Positions 44,892-55,634 of a stretch of 64,000 nucleotides of DNA are shown here, one piece after another; within the stretch, counting starts at the first letter, position 1, and each line of letters opens with the position of its first letter. The stretch lies in contig CAWAIK010000004.1 in assembly GCA_963782115.1 (NCBI GenBank), forward strand, positions 32,001 through 96,000, read 5' to 3'. The stretch comes from an uncultured Verrucomicrobiae bacterium (GTDB taxonomy: Bacteria; Verrucomicrobiota; Verrucomicrobiia; Chthoniobacterales; JAFAMB01). The notes below the pieces were generated by a model. The model worked only from the letters and a program-made list of their open reading frames with translations. It made no database searches and was not told the DNA's origin. A program made the position numbers and the translations under genes.

Positions 44892-45381
44892 ATAGAAAAA
44901 ACTGGTCGCCGCCTGTCCGGCAAAACGCAAATCCCCGGGTCGCCTTCCGAACAAAGTCCCAAAAGCTTTTGCAGGTTGACAGCCGCAGCGAGGAACGAGC
45001 GAAGTGCTGTCGAACGCAAAATACCGTTACCTCCCAGCGCGGAGCGAAGCCTGATCAAGGGAGAAACGAAATAAATGTGCAGGGGCCCGCCTCCGGCGGG
45101 AAGGATGCCGTTTATGTCGGATTCGACCTTGAGCAGGCGTAGCGCAGCGCTACGAGGGCTGAAGCCGCTAACCAAGCTACCCACAGGGAATGGAGAGAAC
45201 GTCAGAAAATTTCAAATATGTTTGGTTAGATCTAGAATGGGACTATTCCGTGAATTTTCCGTCTATCTTGTGTTTCAAGGCATTAATGACCACTTCTGAT
45301 GATGCGTTAGGGTCACCACACTTTTGTCGCGAAACGTCCCGGCTGCCTAATGGCCATCATTACATTACTCCAACGCTCCGA

Positions 45382-48348
45382 TTAAAAGCTGATTCTGAAT
45401 CCGCCGGTTACAGCATTTGAATCGTAGTTCCCACGCCCAAGCTGCCCGTCGTAGTTTACATAGGTTGAAATAGCAGGTGTCAATTGAGCCGAGACCCCGG
45501 CGCTCAGCACCGCGCTGTCGTGCCCTTCGTTGGGCCCGAAGAAGGTCGCCGATGGCCCGGGAATCCCGGCAATACCGGCAGTGATTGGAAGTGCAGAATA
45601 CTTGTACTCATGTTCCCAGGCCGCTTTGAGCGATGGCTCGATCAGGATCTTTCCGATCTGCCACTGGTAAAAGGCTCTGAAACCGAAGTCGCTCCGTAGA
45701 GACTCGGCGGAGCCCGAATGGATCGCTAAGGGCGCAACCGAGCCGTTCTCGCTGAATCCGTCAATGTTCATGTAGGTATATTGAAGCCCGGCGATTGGAC
45801 CTACGCTCAGATGACCAAAGTGGAAATCGTACCCGCCGCTGACAAACGTGCTCCACTCGGCGCCCTCGGTGCCGCCGGTGGCTAGCCCTCCCAGGCTTGA
45901 GCGGTTCGACTCATAGTTGTTGTGGCCTCCATAAATAGCGCCATTGAGATAAATCCCGTGGTTGAACCAGGTAGCGTACAACCCGCCTCGTCCACTATTG
46001 ACATCGATATCACCACTCGGATTGAGAGCGGTCCAGGTATGCGAGTACTCGCCCATCACTCCGATCGCCAGTTGATCGGTGATGCGATAATCGACGCCCA
46101 GGCTTACCCCACCGGTGGTGAAGTTGTAACCATTTGCATTCCCATCCCCGTCCACATTGACAAAGTCACCGAAGCCACTCACCCACACGCCCCATCGGTT
46201 TTGAGGTCCGGGCTGGAGGATCGGTTCCACGACGCCTTTGGAGGATTTTCCGTCCACGCCGGCTTTGTCCTCCAGATTTACCGTGACGCCGTTGACCTTC
46301 ATGTTGGAACTGAAACCGTTGGATCCGCTACGGATATCGTCCAGCCGGCCTTCCAGGTTCAATCTTTGAATGTTCGCGTTCGAAAAGCTGATCTCATAAA
46401 ATGCTGTCAGACCATCGGGAGAAATTTTCTCGAAGTCACCTGGCAGATTGACGACGGGCTCGTTGCTTAGGAAGGAAATCAACTGTGCCTCGCGTGGATC
46501 CAGTGCCATCTTGTCGAGTAGTTTCGCCACAGCAAGCTGGTTAGAAGTTTGGGCGAACGCTGCAAAGTCCGAGCCGAACTCCAGCACAAGAGTGTTCGGC
46601 CCATAAATTAAGTCCAGGGTTATCACCGGACTGAACTGATCAAGAACACTGTTAAACTTTCCCGAGATCCCGCCCCCCGCGCTCACCAGGGTTAGTTTAT
46701 CAGAAATCTTCGGTTGAAAACCATTCAGTGAAATCAACTGCAACGTGCCGCCCAGAGTCGCATGCCCACTCACGTTCAGGAAATCGTATTGGCCGGCTGC
46801 GGTGCCTCCGATACCCAGCTGCAAGGTACCGCCTGCGTTCTGCGTGTAATTGCCCTTCACGTTGATCGTCTGTGAGTCGGCCCCCAAGACTCCTCCATTA
46901 ACTACTACATCGCCCAGGCCTAAGGCTTGTGCGCTGGCCACCACCAATGTGCCTGCATCGAGTCCGGTGCCTCCGGTGTAGGTGTTGTTGCCCGAGAGCG
47001 TCAGCGAACCGGCACCGATCTTTGTCAGTGAGCCGGAATTGATGATGTCGCCTGAGAAGGTCGCATTGAAGCCGTTGGTATCGATCGTCCCGCCATTGGC
47101 TAGTAGCGAAATCGTTCGCGAGGTGACCAGGTCTCCGGTGGTTTTCACGGTGCCTCCGTTGAAATCCACGAATTGTCCGAAGCCCAAAGGAGTTAACGCC
47201 GCGTCATTGGCGACTGAAATGGGACCTCCTTGCGCCACGATGATGTTCGGCCCAACGAAGAACCCGAAAGCAATTGGAAAACTTCCCACCGCAATGGGCG
47301 CGCCAAGCACGGTGTTTGTTGCCGTATTGATCACCGAGACCGTGCCGTCATTGCTGTTGGTCACATAAACATACTTACCATCTGGAGTAACGTCGATGCC
47401 TAGAGGCTTATTTCCCACCGTAACGGAGCCGACCACCGTGTCCGTCGCAATATCAATCACCGAAACCGTGTTGCTGTTGACCGCGCCGCTGCCATTGTTG
47501 GCAACATAGGCAAATCTACCATCTGGAGTGATCACAACGCCGGCAGGGTCATTCCCGACCCCGATGGGTGGGCCAACCGCCGAATGCGTTGCCGTGCTGA
47601 TCACGGAGACTGTGTTGTCGCTATTGTTAGTTACAAAGACGTACTTGCCGTTCGGCGTGACGGCAACTCCAACAGGGCTATTTCCTACTGCAATGGGCGG
47701 ACCTATAACCGTGTTCGTGGCCGTGTTGATCACCGAAACCGTAGTGCCGTGATTGTTCGCAACATAGGCATACTTGCCGTCCGGAGTGATGGCCACGCCA
47801 AATGCTCCACTTCCCACCGTAATGGGCGAACCAAGTACCGTGTTCGTCGCCGTGTTAATCACGGAAACGGTGTTGCCGGCAAAACCCTGAATATTTGTAT
47901 TCGTCACATAGGCATACTTGCCGTCCGGGGTAACGGCAATGCTTGCGGGTTGACTTCCCAGGGTAATGGACCCGATTACCGTGTTGGTCACGGTATCAAT
48001 TATCGAGATCGTGTTGCTGCCGTTATTCGTAACATAGGCGTATTTGCCGTCCGGCGTGACAGCCACCCCTGCAGGTTGACTTTCCACCGTAAGGGGCGAG
48101 CCAACGACCGTGTTCGTCTCGGTATCGATCACCGAAACACTGTTCGAGCCAGCATTTGAGATATACGCACTCACTTCGATTTGGCCATCGCAGGGGCGGG
48201 AGGCCCAAATGCAAGTCCCGACGAAAACCGCGAATACCCATGCCGGATTGTCCAATCTGTGGCTGGCTCGTCTGCCACTTTTAAACCATCCAGAGGTTGC
48301 TGATGCACAACCAAACAGCTTCCGCTCTTTCATGCTTTTCATTTCCAT
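45382..48348 (-). CDS. Autotransporter with a YVTN beta-propeller passenger
   Basis: About 7 VAVTPDGKYAYVTN repeats, LTKIGAGSLTLSGNNTYTGGT repeat, beta-barrel ending FRISF. Confidence 0.92.
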   Translation of the reverse strand: MEMKSMKERKLFGCASATSGWFKSGRRASHRLDNPAWVFAVFVGTCIWASRPCDGQIEVSAYISNAGSNSVSVIDTETNTVVGSPLTVESQPAGVAVTPDGKYAYVTNNGSNTISIIDTVTNTVIGSITLGSQPASIAVTPDGKYAYVTNTNIQGFAGNTVSVINTATNTVLGSPITVGSGAFGVAITPDGKYAYVANNHGTTVSVINTATNTVIGPPIAVGNSPVGVAVTPNGKYVFVTNNSDNTVSVISTATHSAVGPPIGVGNDPAGVVITPDGRFAYVANNGSGAVNSNTVSVIDIATDTVVGSVTVGNKPLGIDVTPDGKYVYVTNSNDGTVSVINTATNTVLGAPIAVGSFPIAFGFFVGPNIIVAQGGPISVANDAALTPLGFGQFVDFNGGTVKTTGDLVTSRTISLLANGGTIDTNGFNATFSGDIINSGSLTKIGAGSLTLSGNNTYTGGTGLDAGTLVVASAQALGLGDVVVNGGVLGADSQTINVKGNYTQNAGGTLQLGIGGTAAGQYDFLNVSGHATLGGTLQLISLNGFQPKISDKLTLVSAGGGISGKFNSVLDQFSPVITLDLIYGPNTLVLEFGSDFAAFAQTSNQLAVAKLLDKMALDPREAQLISFLSNEPVVNLPGDFEKISPDGLTAFYEISFSNANIQRLNLEGRLDDIRSGSNGFSSNMKVNGVTVNLEDKAGVDGKSSKGVVEPILQPGPQNRWGVWVSGFGDFVNVDGDGNANGYNFTTGGVSLGVDYRITDQLAIGVMGEYSHTWTALNPSGDIDVNSGRGGLYATWFNHGIYLNGAIYGGHNNYESNRSSLGGLATGGTEGAEWSTFVSGGYDFHFGHLSVGPIAGLQYTYMNIDGFSENGSVAPLAIHSGSAESLRSDFGFRAFYQWQIGKILIEPSLKAAWEHEYKYSALPITAGIAGIPGPSATFFGPNEGHDSAVLSAGVSAQLTPAISTYVNYDGQLGRGNYDSNAVTGGFRISF

Positions 48349-48827
48349 TTTGTGAAGTTGTAATGGCCGTCCCTGGAGCAGTAATTCACCGTTGGGCGGT
48401 TCAATCGTTCGATGGCTGGTCTGCGGCTATCGACTGACCTGGGGCTTCCACTGACGCCGTGTTTAAGGGATTGCCGAAGAGCATCGGCACCAAACGGGCA
48501 CAAAAAGGACCGCCACATATGGAATCGATTCCTATCTATGGAAAATTAATAAAGCAACGATTTCTATGAAAAATTCACTCTTGCAACTGTTAGATCACTC
48601 GCCGGCCGAGCCCCAGCCCGAGTTCGTTAAGCACCACGTTCAACCCGGACCGAGGGTTAAGCCGCAGCCGGTTGAGGGCAATGCGCGATATCTACCGCCG
48701 ACGCCGAATTGACCAGCTCTTAACTGGTCACGGCCAGGTGCAATCCAGAACGTGGTTACGCTGGGCAATAAGTTTGAAGCAACCGCGAACCAGTTTCACG
48801 GGTCAAGACCTGTTAGAGGAGCCAGGT

Positions 48828-48881
48828 CGATTATGCCAAATAAAGCGCAAAAAGTTATGCCAAATAATTCCCAAAGTGACA
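48828..48881 (-). mobile_element. Orphan TGT-type transposon end with repeated binding sites
   Basis: Minus strand reads TGTCACTTTGGGAATTATTTGGCATAA; TTATGCCAAATAA occurs at 48831 and 48855. Confidence 0.5.
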
Positions 48882-48994
48882 ATTTGTTTTGTACCCATCT
48901 GCCCTACTCTTACAGCATCCCAACGTAGTTGACATAACCGCCTCATTTATGTACTAATGACTAGTCGAATCGACCAATCTAACTGGTGTTTGTC

Positions 48995-49240
48995 ATGCGC
49001 GAAGTTCAGGCCTCCGAGGCCAAAACCCATCTACCCCAACTCCTCGACGACGTGGAACGCGGCGAGACCGTCGTCATCACCCGCCACGGGCGGGCAATTG
49101 CCCGGATCGTACCCGAGGCGCACCACCGGCAAGAGGAGGTTGACCGGGCGATCGACAGTATCAAGGCGCTGCGCAAGCACACCGGTAAGATCACGCTGGA
49201 TGAGCTGCTGTCGGCCCGACACGAGGGGCACAAATACTGA
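48995..49240 (+). CDS. Phd/YefM antitoxin
   Basis: EAKTHLPQLLDDVERGETVVITRHGRAIARIVP. Confidence 0.92.
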   Translation: MREVQASEAKTHLPQLLDDVERGETVVITRHGRAIARIVPEAHHRQEEVDRAIDSIKALRKHTGKITLDELLSARHEGHKY

Positions 49241-49656
49241 TGCCGTTCGTTCTCGATGCCTCTATAGCTGCATGCTGGGCCTTCGAGGACGAAGACTACC
49301 CCGCTGCAACCTTGGCACTGGAACGTATTCGGACCGATGAGGCGCGGGTTCCAAGTCTGTGGTGGTTTGAGGTGCGCAATACCTTGATCGTCAATGAGCG
49401 GCGTGGGCGGCTAGCCGAGGCCGACACCGCCGCCTTCCTGCGCGGGCTTTCCCGGCTTTGGGTGACAGTTGACCGATCACCGGACGAAAGTGCGGTCCTC
49501 ACACTCGCACGCAAGCACCGGCTCACCGTCTACGACGCAAGCTACCTGGAGCTTGCGCAACGCGAGACCCTCCTGCTTGCAACGCTTGACACAGACCTCG
49601 TACGCGCGGCACGCGCCGAAACGGTGCCTCTTTTCGATCCACGGGGCACACCATGA
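49240..49656 (+). CDS. vapC: VapC PIN-domain toxin
   Basis: FVLDAS, WWFEVRN, LTVYDASYLELA, LATLD. Confidence 0.92.
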   Translation: MPFVLDASIAACWAFEDEDYPAATLALERIRTDEARVPSLWWFEVRNTLIVNERRGRLAEADTAAFLRGLSRLWVTVDRSPDESAVLTLARKHRLTVYDASYLELAQRETLLLATLDTDLVRAARAETVPLFDPRGTP

Positions 49657-50648
49657 ACCAGCTATCGTTACCCCTGCCTCTGCCTTGCTTCCGGGCCCAG
49701 CTCTTCGCGCCAACGCCAGAGGCCGCGAAGCGCGTGCTTGAGTTTTTCACGGCCCAGATCAACAACGACCACACCCGCAAGGCCTACCTGGCTGCAACAC
49801 GACATTTTGCCGACTGGTGTGGCCTGCACGGCATCCAGCAGCTCGAAGACGTGCAACCGTTCCACGTCGCCGCCTTCGTCAAGGATATGGAGGGCCATGT
49901 TGCGACGCCCACGGTCAAGCAGCACCTTGCCGCCATCCGCATGCTGTTCGACTGGCTGGTGACCGGCCGCATCATCGACGTGAACCCGGCGCACGCGGTG
50001 CGCGGCCCGAAATACGTCGTGAAGAAGGGCAAAACTCCCGTGCTGACGGCCGTGGAAGCCCGAGAGCTGCTTGACAGCATCGAGGTCGTCAAGAATACCA
50101 AAAACAAGGAGGGCGCTGAAACGGAGGAACCGGACTTAACCGGCTTGCGCGATCGCGCACTCATCGGCGTGATGGTCTACACCTTTGCCCGCGTGAACGC
50201 GGTCATCAATATGAAGGTGAAAGATTACTTCACGCAAGGAAGGCGCGGCTGGGTCCGCCTCCACGAGAAAGGCGGCAAAGAGCACGAAGTGCCCTGCCAC
50301 CACACGCTGGAGCAATATCTGGACGAGTATATTCAGGCGGCCGGAATCGCCGGCGACGCGGACGGCCGACTCTTCCGCACGACCGGCCGCAAGACCGGCG
50401 AGGCAGGGGCAATGTGGCAGCAGGATGCTTACCGTATGATCCAGCGCCGCTCCGCGGTCGCAGGCATCGAGACAAAAATCGGCAATCATACCTTCCGGGC
50501 CACCGGCATCACTGCCTACCTTAAAAACAAAGGCGTGCTGGAACACGCGCAAACTATCGCCAACCACGCTTCCCCGCGCACAACGAAGCTCTACGACCGC
50601 AGGTCGGATGAGATTTCGCTAGATGAAGTAGAGAAGATCGCGATTTAA
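49653..50648 (+). CDS. Tyrosine recombinase/integrase
   Basis: RDRAL..FARV, HEKGGK, HTFRATG, NHASPRTTKLY. Confidence 0.92.
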   Translation: MNQLSLPLPLPCFRAQLFAPTPEAAKRVLEFFTAQINNDHTRKAYLAATRHFADWCGLHGIQQLEDVQPFHVAAFVKDMEGHVATPTVKQHLAAIRMLFDWLVTGRIIDVNPAHAVRGPKYVVKKGKTPVLTAVEARELLDSIEVVKNTKNKEGAETEEPDLTGLRDRALIGVMVYTFARVNAVINMKVKDYFTQGRRGWVRLHEKGGKEHEVPCHHTLEQYLDEYIQAAGIAGDADGRLFRTTGRKTGEAGAMWQQDAYRMIQRRSAVAGIETKIGNHTFRATGITAYLKNKGVLEHAQTIANHASPRTTKLYDRRSDEISLDEVEKIAI

Positions 50649-50658
50649 CAGACTTTCC

Positions 50659-50690
50659 TACTACGCCATATCGTCCTTTATGTCGTAGTA
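50659..50690. other. Palindromic recombination-site candidate just after the integrase
   Basis: TACTACGCCATA-TCGTCCTT-TATGTCGTAGTA, arms 11/12 complementary. Confidence 0.55.
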
Positions 50691-50822
50691 CTCAGCCCTG
50701 CTCGTCCCCCCCGTGATACCGGCGGCTGGTTGCTATCCGCAGCGCCGACCTCGCAGACTCGTCCATGCCGCCGCACCGTGGCAAGCGAGCGAGGAGCGTG
50801 GTATTACTCTAATACGGCGTCT

Positions 50823-53231
50823 TCAGCTTGGAAACGCCACGAGCAGTTCACGATTCGTCGCGCCCAGGGCATCTTTTGCAACTGATCCTCCGCGGAATCT
50901 AATCGGCCGCGTCTCCTGACGTGGGAAAAGGAAGCTGATCTGACCGGTCCTTGGATCGCCCCTACCCTTCTGAGCTATTTGGATCAGCAACTCGGAGTGC
51001 GAACATTTAACTTCTAAATGCCACGTCCGAAAGTTGCCCTCCCGATAAGCTTGGCTTTCGCCGTCATCCTCGAAACATTCGCATTCGAAGCTCCCTTCAT
51101 TCTGCTTAGGAAACACGGCAAACCCACGTTCATCGGCCGGCTTGGCAAAGTGCTGGTCCGCGACGTTCAATGGGATCGCACAACCTTCCTTAGCCAACAG
51201 CGGTGGGCGATCCCAGGGAGCAGGTAACAACACCTCCTGCCCTCCGGGGTAATAGTCGCCGCTCCAAAAGTCGTACCATCCGGACCCGGCAGGCAGGTAA
51301 ACGGCTCGTGCACGCTGACCAGGCTCCACGACGGCGGCCACGAGCAAGTTTTTACCCAGCATCACATCATCGTTTTCCACGTAGCAATGTTCATCCTCTG
51401 GGAAATCGTGAAAGGTCGGTCTAATAATCGGAGCGTAGTCGCGGTGGGCGTGCCAGATCAGGTCGTAAAAGTAGGGAATGAGCCGGTACCGAAATCGAAT
51501 CAGATCGCGAATGTAAGGCGTGATTTCCGTATACATCCACGGCTCATTCACCGATTTGTCGTCGTTCCACGAGTGGATGCTGAAGCGCGGCATGAAAATC
51601 CCAAATTGCACCCAACGCAGGAAAAGTTCAGGTTCCGGCGCTGGTCCAGAAAAGCCGCCCACATCATGGCCGAGGTTAGACACTCCGGATAACGCCAAAC
51701 CAATTCCCATCTTAATGTTGTAACGAAGCGTTTCCCAAGATGTGTAATTGTCTCCGGACCAAGTCTGCGCGTACCGGTGCAAACCCACGGCGCCAGCCCG
51801 GGTGACGAGGAACGGGCGTTTCTCCGGTTCAAATTCTCGTTGCGCCTCCCACGATGCGCGCATCATGAGCAACGTCTGCAGCGTCTTAGCCTCAGCGGCC
51901 TTCCGCTTTTCACCGAAGCCTTCAATCCAGGCGTTCTCGTTCCAAATCTCAAACTCGTTGTTGTCGTTCCAGGTTGCCGCAATACCGTATTCCAACAAAG
52001 ATTTCGTCACCCCGGCTTTCCACCACGCCACCGTCTCCGGGTTTGTGAAATCAAGGTAGGCGCCTACTTCGTCCCAGAATTGCACCATGGTCGGCTTGCC
52101 GTCCTCTTCTTGGATCAGGAGCCCTTTGCCGGCCACTTCTTTGAAGCGCGGGTGATCGCGTAACAAGCAGGGCTTGATGTTCGCACAAAGCCGAACGCCA
52201 TGATCCCGGTAACGCCTCACGAAGCCTTGCGGGTCAGGAAACTTGCCCCGGTCCCAATGGAACACGTAACGCTTTTCACCAATGGAGGTGTATCCGGAAG
52301 AGAAGTGGAAGGAATCGCAGAGGATGTCGTTCTCCTCACAACGCAAAATGAACTCGTTCATCTGCTCTTGGGCGTTAGGTGCGTCCGTGTAGGTCATGGT
52401 GGACCCGGAATAACCTAGGCCCCACTTCGGCGTAAACGCGGGGCGCCCCGTCAACCAGGTGTAACGTCGCACGACGTCCGCCAAGGTTGCACCCGCGATA
52501 AAGTAATAATCCAAGTCGCCGTGGTCAGCTCGAAAATAGCGATAATGGCCGTGGTAGTTGTCGAGTTCACGTCCCAGGTCAAAGATACAATCGGAGACCG
52601 TGTCGTAGAAAAGGCCAAAGGGGACTTTGGTCTGCTTCTTCCAAGTCAGGTAAAACGGGATGTGTTTGTAGAGCGGGTCGGACGTTCTGGCATTGTAACC
52701 CATCGCATCAAGGTTCGTCATCCGGTAGCTCTGCCCGGCGCGGTTGGTCGCTCCCGCTCGCTCCCCGAGCCCGAAATACATTTCGTCCGCTTCCCTCTTT
52801 AGGTAATGGTAGACACGATCATCCCACCAGCCGAAATTGTAACTTTGCGTGGTCCGATCGGCGGCGGCAAATTGCCAGTGGCCGCCCTGCCTTACCTCCC
52901 ACCGACAAAAAAAGCCCCGAAGCACGATGGTTAAGCGCACGCCAGCGGTGGTGATGCGCATTTCGTCCACCCCTTGAACAAGCTCGAAATCAGGCATGGC
53001 GAATGCCGAGTGGTCGAAGCGGTCACGCCCCTCGTAAGGGACGTCCTCGAGACCCGGCGCAACGGCCCAAGTGCGGGGAAACCGTAGTTTCCCCCCAGGT
53101 AAAACCATTATACGCAGGATATCTTCCTCCAGCACGGAAATGTGGGCAACGTGGCCTTCTGCACTTTTCAGGGTTAACCGACAACCTACTCGATCCGCAA
53201 AGCTGAACACAGGTATGAAATCCATTGACAT
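50823..53231 (-). CDS. GH31 alpha-glucosidase
   Basis: YFGLGE, DPLYKHIPF, WNDNNE, WSGDN, GHDVGGF, EPW. Confidence 0.93.
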   Translation of the reverse strand: MSMDFIPVFSFADRVGCRLTLKSAEGHVAHISVLEEDILRIMVLPGGKLRFPRTWAVAPGLEDVPYEGRDRFDHSAFAMPDFELVQGVDEMRITTAGVRLTIVLRGFFCRWEVRQGGHWQFAAADRTTQSYNFGWWDDRVYHYLKREADEMYFGLGERAGATNRAGQSYRMTNLDAMGYNARTSDPLYKHIPFYLTWKKQTKVPFGLFYDTVSDCIFDLGRELDNYHGHYRYFRADHGDLDYYFIAGATLADVVRRYTWLTGRPAFTPKWGLGYSGSTMTYTDAPNAQEQMNEFILRCEENDILCDSFHFSSGYTSIGEKRYVFHWDRGKFPDPQGFVRRYRDHGVRLCANIKPCLLRDHPRFKEVAGKGLLIQEEDGKPTMVQFWDEVGAYLDFTNPETVAWWKAGVTKSLLEYGIAATWNDNNEFEIWNENAWIEGFGEKRKAAEAKTLQTLLMMRASWEAQREFEPEKRPFLVTRAGAVGLHRYAQTWSGDNYTSWETLRYNIKMGIGLALSGVSNLGHDVGGFSGPAPEPELFLRWVQFGIFMPRFSIHSWNDDKSVNEPWMYTEITPYIRDLIRFRYRLIPYFYDLIWHAHRDYAPIIRPTFHDFPEDEHCYVENDDVMLGKNLLVAAVVEPGQRARAVYLPAGSGWYDFWSGDYYPGGQEVLLPAPWDRPPLLAKEGCAIPLNVADQHFAKPADERGFAVFPKQNEGSFECECFEDDGESQAYREGNFRTWHLEVKCSHSELLIQIAQKGRGDPRTGQISFLFPRQETRPIRFRGGSVAKDALGATNRELLVAFPS

Positions 53232-53263
53232 AGTAAGTTTGTTAAGACTGCATTCGTAACCAC

Positions 53264-53457
53264 GTTAGACTGTCCGAGACAGCGTAACGAGGATTTTGTT
53301 CTCGGTGTAGTGGGATTCAGGTACCTTTGAGGCCAACGGCGTGAAGGAACTAAGGAACTTATCGATCGGAGCATACCTCCGTGGACGCCGCTGCGACATG
53401 AACGAGGATGCAAACATGGACGGATTCAAGGGCGAAATCCTTGGCTAGCTTAGCTAG
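53264..53457 (-). mobile_element. About 195-bp non-autonomous relative of the 34483-36356 element
   Basis: Minus strand CGAGAACAAAATCCTCGTTACG matches 36324-36345 at 20/22; the other end CTAGCCAAGG resembles CTAGGCAAGG at 34492. Confidence 0.6.
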
Positions 53458-54726
53458 TTAGGCGAGGCTGTCGACCTTATGAGGCCCTACTAGCACGATC
53501 ACCACGATTGCCCCGATGATATCGAACAGCGCCAGGCAGGCAAACAGCGGGCCGTAACCAACCGTAGTGGCCAGGGCGCCCACGACTAAAGAAAACCCTA
53601 ACCCTCCGGTCCAAGCCGCGGTGCCGGTGAAACCATTGGCCGTCGCCACTTCATGAGGATCAAAGACGTCAGCACTCAAGGTATTGAGCAGGGCGGAAAT
53701 CATCTGGTGAGCAAAGCCTCCGATGCAGAACAACGCAATCGCGATGTAAGGGCTGGCGACGAGTCCAATCGAGCCGGGACCGATCATCAGGAGCGCGCCG
53801 AGCACAATCCCGACGATGCGAGAATGAATGAGCTGGACCTTGAAAAACTTCATCACCAACGGCGAAAGGTAACCGCCGAAAATTCCGCCAAGGTCCCCCG
53901 CCAGGAACGGCATCCAAGCGAAAATCGCAATCTGTGTAAGGTCCATGTGACGCACCGTGGCCAAGTACAACGGAATCCAGAAATTAAAGGTTTGCCAAGC
54001 GGGTTCGGCGAGGAACCGTGGAATGGCGATTCCCCAGAACTTCGGGGCGGTTAAGATTTCCCGGACCATCGGAGGCCTTCTCTCACCAGCGGCTAAACTT
54101 TTTTCCGGTTGTTGGCCTTTTAGAATGTAGGAACGTTCCTGGTCGCCCAAGAACCAATGGTCTTTTGGCGAACGGTAGAACGTCCACCACAAGGCAACCC
54201 AGATAAAGCCTATGCCGCCAGTCACCACAAAGGCCATTTGCCAACTGTGCTGCAACGAAACCCAAATCACCAACGGCGGTGCTAACAGCGCTCCGAGCGA
54301 TGTGCCGGCATTAAAATAACCGACGGCGACGGAGCGTTCCTTTGCTGGAAACCATTCAGAGATCGCCTTAATCCCAGCCGGGACCGCCGCCGCTTCACTC
54401 AAACCCATCAGCCCCCGGAAAAAAGCGAGAGCTAACCAACTCCCGGCAACGGCGTGCAACATGTTGAACACGGACCAAGCCACTCCAAACAATGAAAACC
54501 CGAGTCTGAGCCCCAAAACGTCCAAAAAATAACCGCAGACCGACTGCATGACACAATAGCCGATTTGGAACGCACCAACGATGTATGAATATTCCGCAGT
54601 GGTGAACTTTAACTTCACTTGCAGTTGCGGGGCCAACACCGCCAGCGAATTGCGCGCCAAATAATTAATGATCGTGCCCAGGCAGATCAGCCCGACAATC
54701 CACCAGCGAAAGCCTTTCAATTTCAT
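53458..54726 (-). CDS. MFS transporter, ACS/hexuronate (ExuT-like) family
   Basis: RWWIVGL..INYLARN, EWFPAKERSVAVG, about 12 TM segments. Confidence 0.9.
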   Translation of the reverse strand: MKLKGFRWWIVGLICLGTIINYLARNSLAVLAPQLQVKLKFTTAEYSYIVGAFQIGYCVMQSVCGYFLDVLGLRLGFSLFGVAWSVFNMLHAVAGSWLALAFFRGLMGLSEAAAVPAGIKAISEWFPAKERSVAVGYFNAGTSLGALLAPPLVIWVSLQHSWQMAFVVTGGIGFIWVALWWTFYRSPKDHWFLGDQERSYILKGQQPEKSLAAGERRPPMVREILTAPKFWGIAIPRFLAEPAWQTFNFWIPLYLATVRHMDLTQIAIFAWMPFLAGDLGGIFGGYLSPLVMKFFKVQLIHSRIVGIVLGALLMIGPGSIGLVASPYIAIALFCIGGFAHQMISALLNTLSADVFDPHEVATANGFTGTAAWTGGLGFSLVVGALATTVGYGPLFACLALFDIIGAIVVIVLVGPHKVDSLA

Positions 54727-55034
54727 GATGCGGAATCGGCAAAGTTTCAGCAATCGCCTGAGGACGGAGATAGCTTTGGAGGGATCTGATGCACCCACAT
54801 GTTAAGTGGGTTTGTTCTGATCTAGCGAGTGTTTTTGCAGACGTTATCTGGAACGATTGTTCCTGATAAAATCAGAGTCATCAACCCAACTCGACAGTCA
54901 GATTCGCCGCCAAAACGGATTACTCAGCCGTGAACTGCTCCAATTCGCAGAAATTCAGTTGCCCCAAGAAATGGAGCCTCAACAAGCCGAAGCCTTGGCG
55001 GCAGTGATAACGAGCGCTCCAGGCCTTCGGAACG

Positions 55035-55181
55035 GATCGGGTGCTCGGCCACTTTGGCGGTGGACTTGAATATCGCTTTACTCCCCACATCGGGATCTTC
55101 GGCGAAGCTGGTTACGACCTCGTCAATGGGGCTTCAAACAACTTTATCCAGGCCAATTTCGGCCTCAGATACGCCTTCTAA
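55035..55181 (+). pseudogene. C-terminal fragment of an outer-membrane beta-barrel protein
   Basis: GHFGGGLEYRFTPHIGIFGEAGY...NFGLRYAF*. Confidence 0.7.
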
Positions 55182-55634
55182 ACAAAAATAAAGGGCAATG
55201 ATCCACGGCTGCTGCAATAAATCTCTTGCCGCGTCATGCGCCCCAGTTCACCAACTCTAGGTTAAATTCCGTACGTGGCGGGCGCCAGAGCGCCCATCAG
55301 AGCCGCTAGCTTGGAGCTGTGGCAGAGCGCTTCTACGAACGAACTATTGGCATCAATCGGAAAATCCCCCACCGGAAAGAGGGCGCGAATCTCGCCATTC
55401 TTGGCCTTTCTAGGCGGCGAAGGGCCAAAACAATCGGTATCCGATCAAGACTTAGCGGCTCTGCAGAACTGGGTGATTCAAAGAATAGCAAAGCAGATGC
55501 GCTTCGTGAAAAACCCCTCCATCGCAAGCCGGCGAGACTCGGGGCTGATCGCCGCATTATGCGCCGCGCCTGCTAGAGGAACACCTCGAAAATGGCCCAA
55601 AAACTGCCTTAAAATCACGGACACCGAAGTGCTT

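Noticed and set aside
14189..48881. A single 34.7-kb transposon between the two TGT-type ends
   Set aside because: Flanks CTCCC and ATTTG give no target duplication, the ends are only partly similar, and no TnsB-like gene lies inside.
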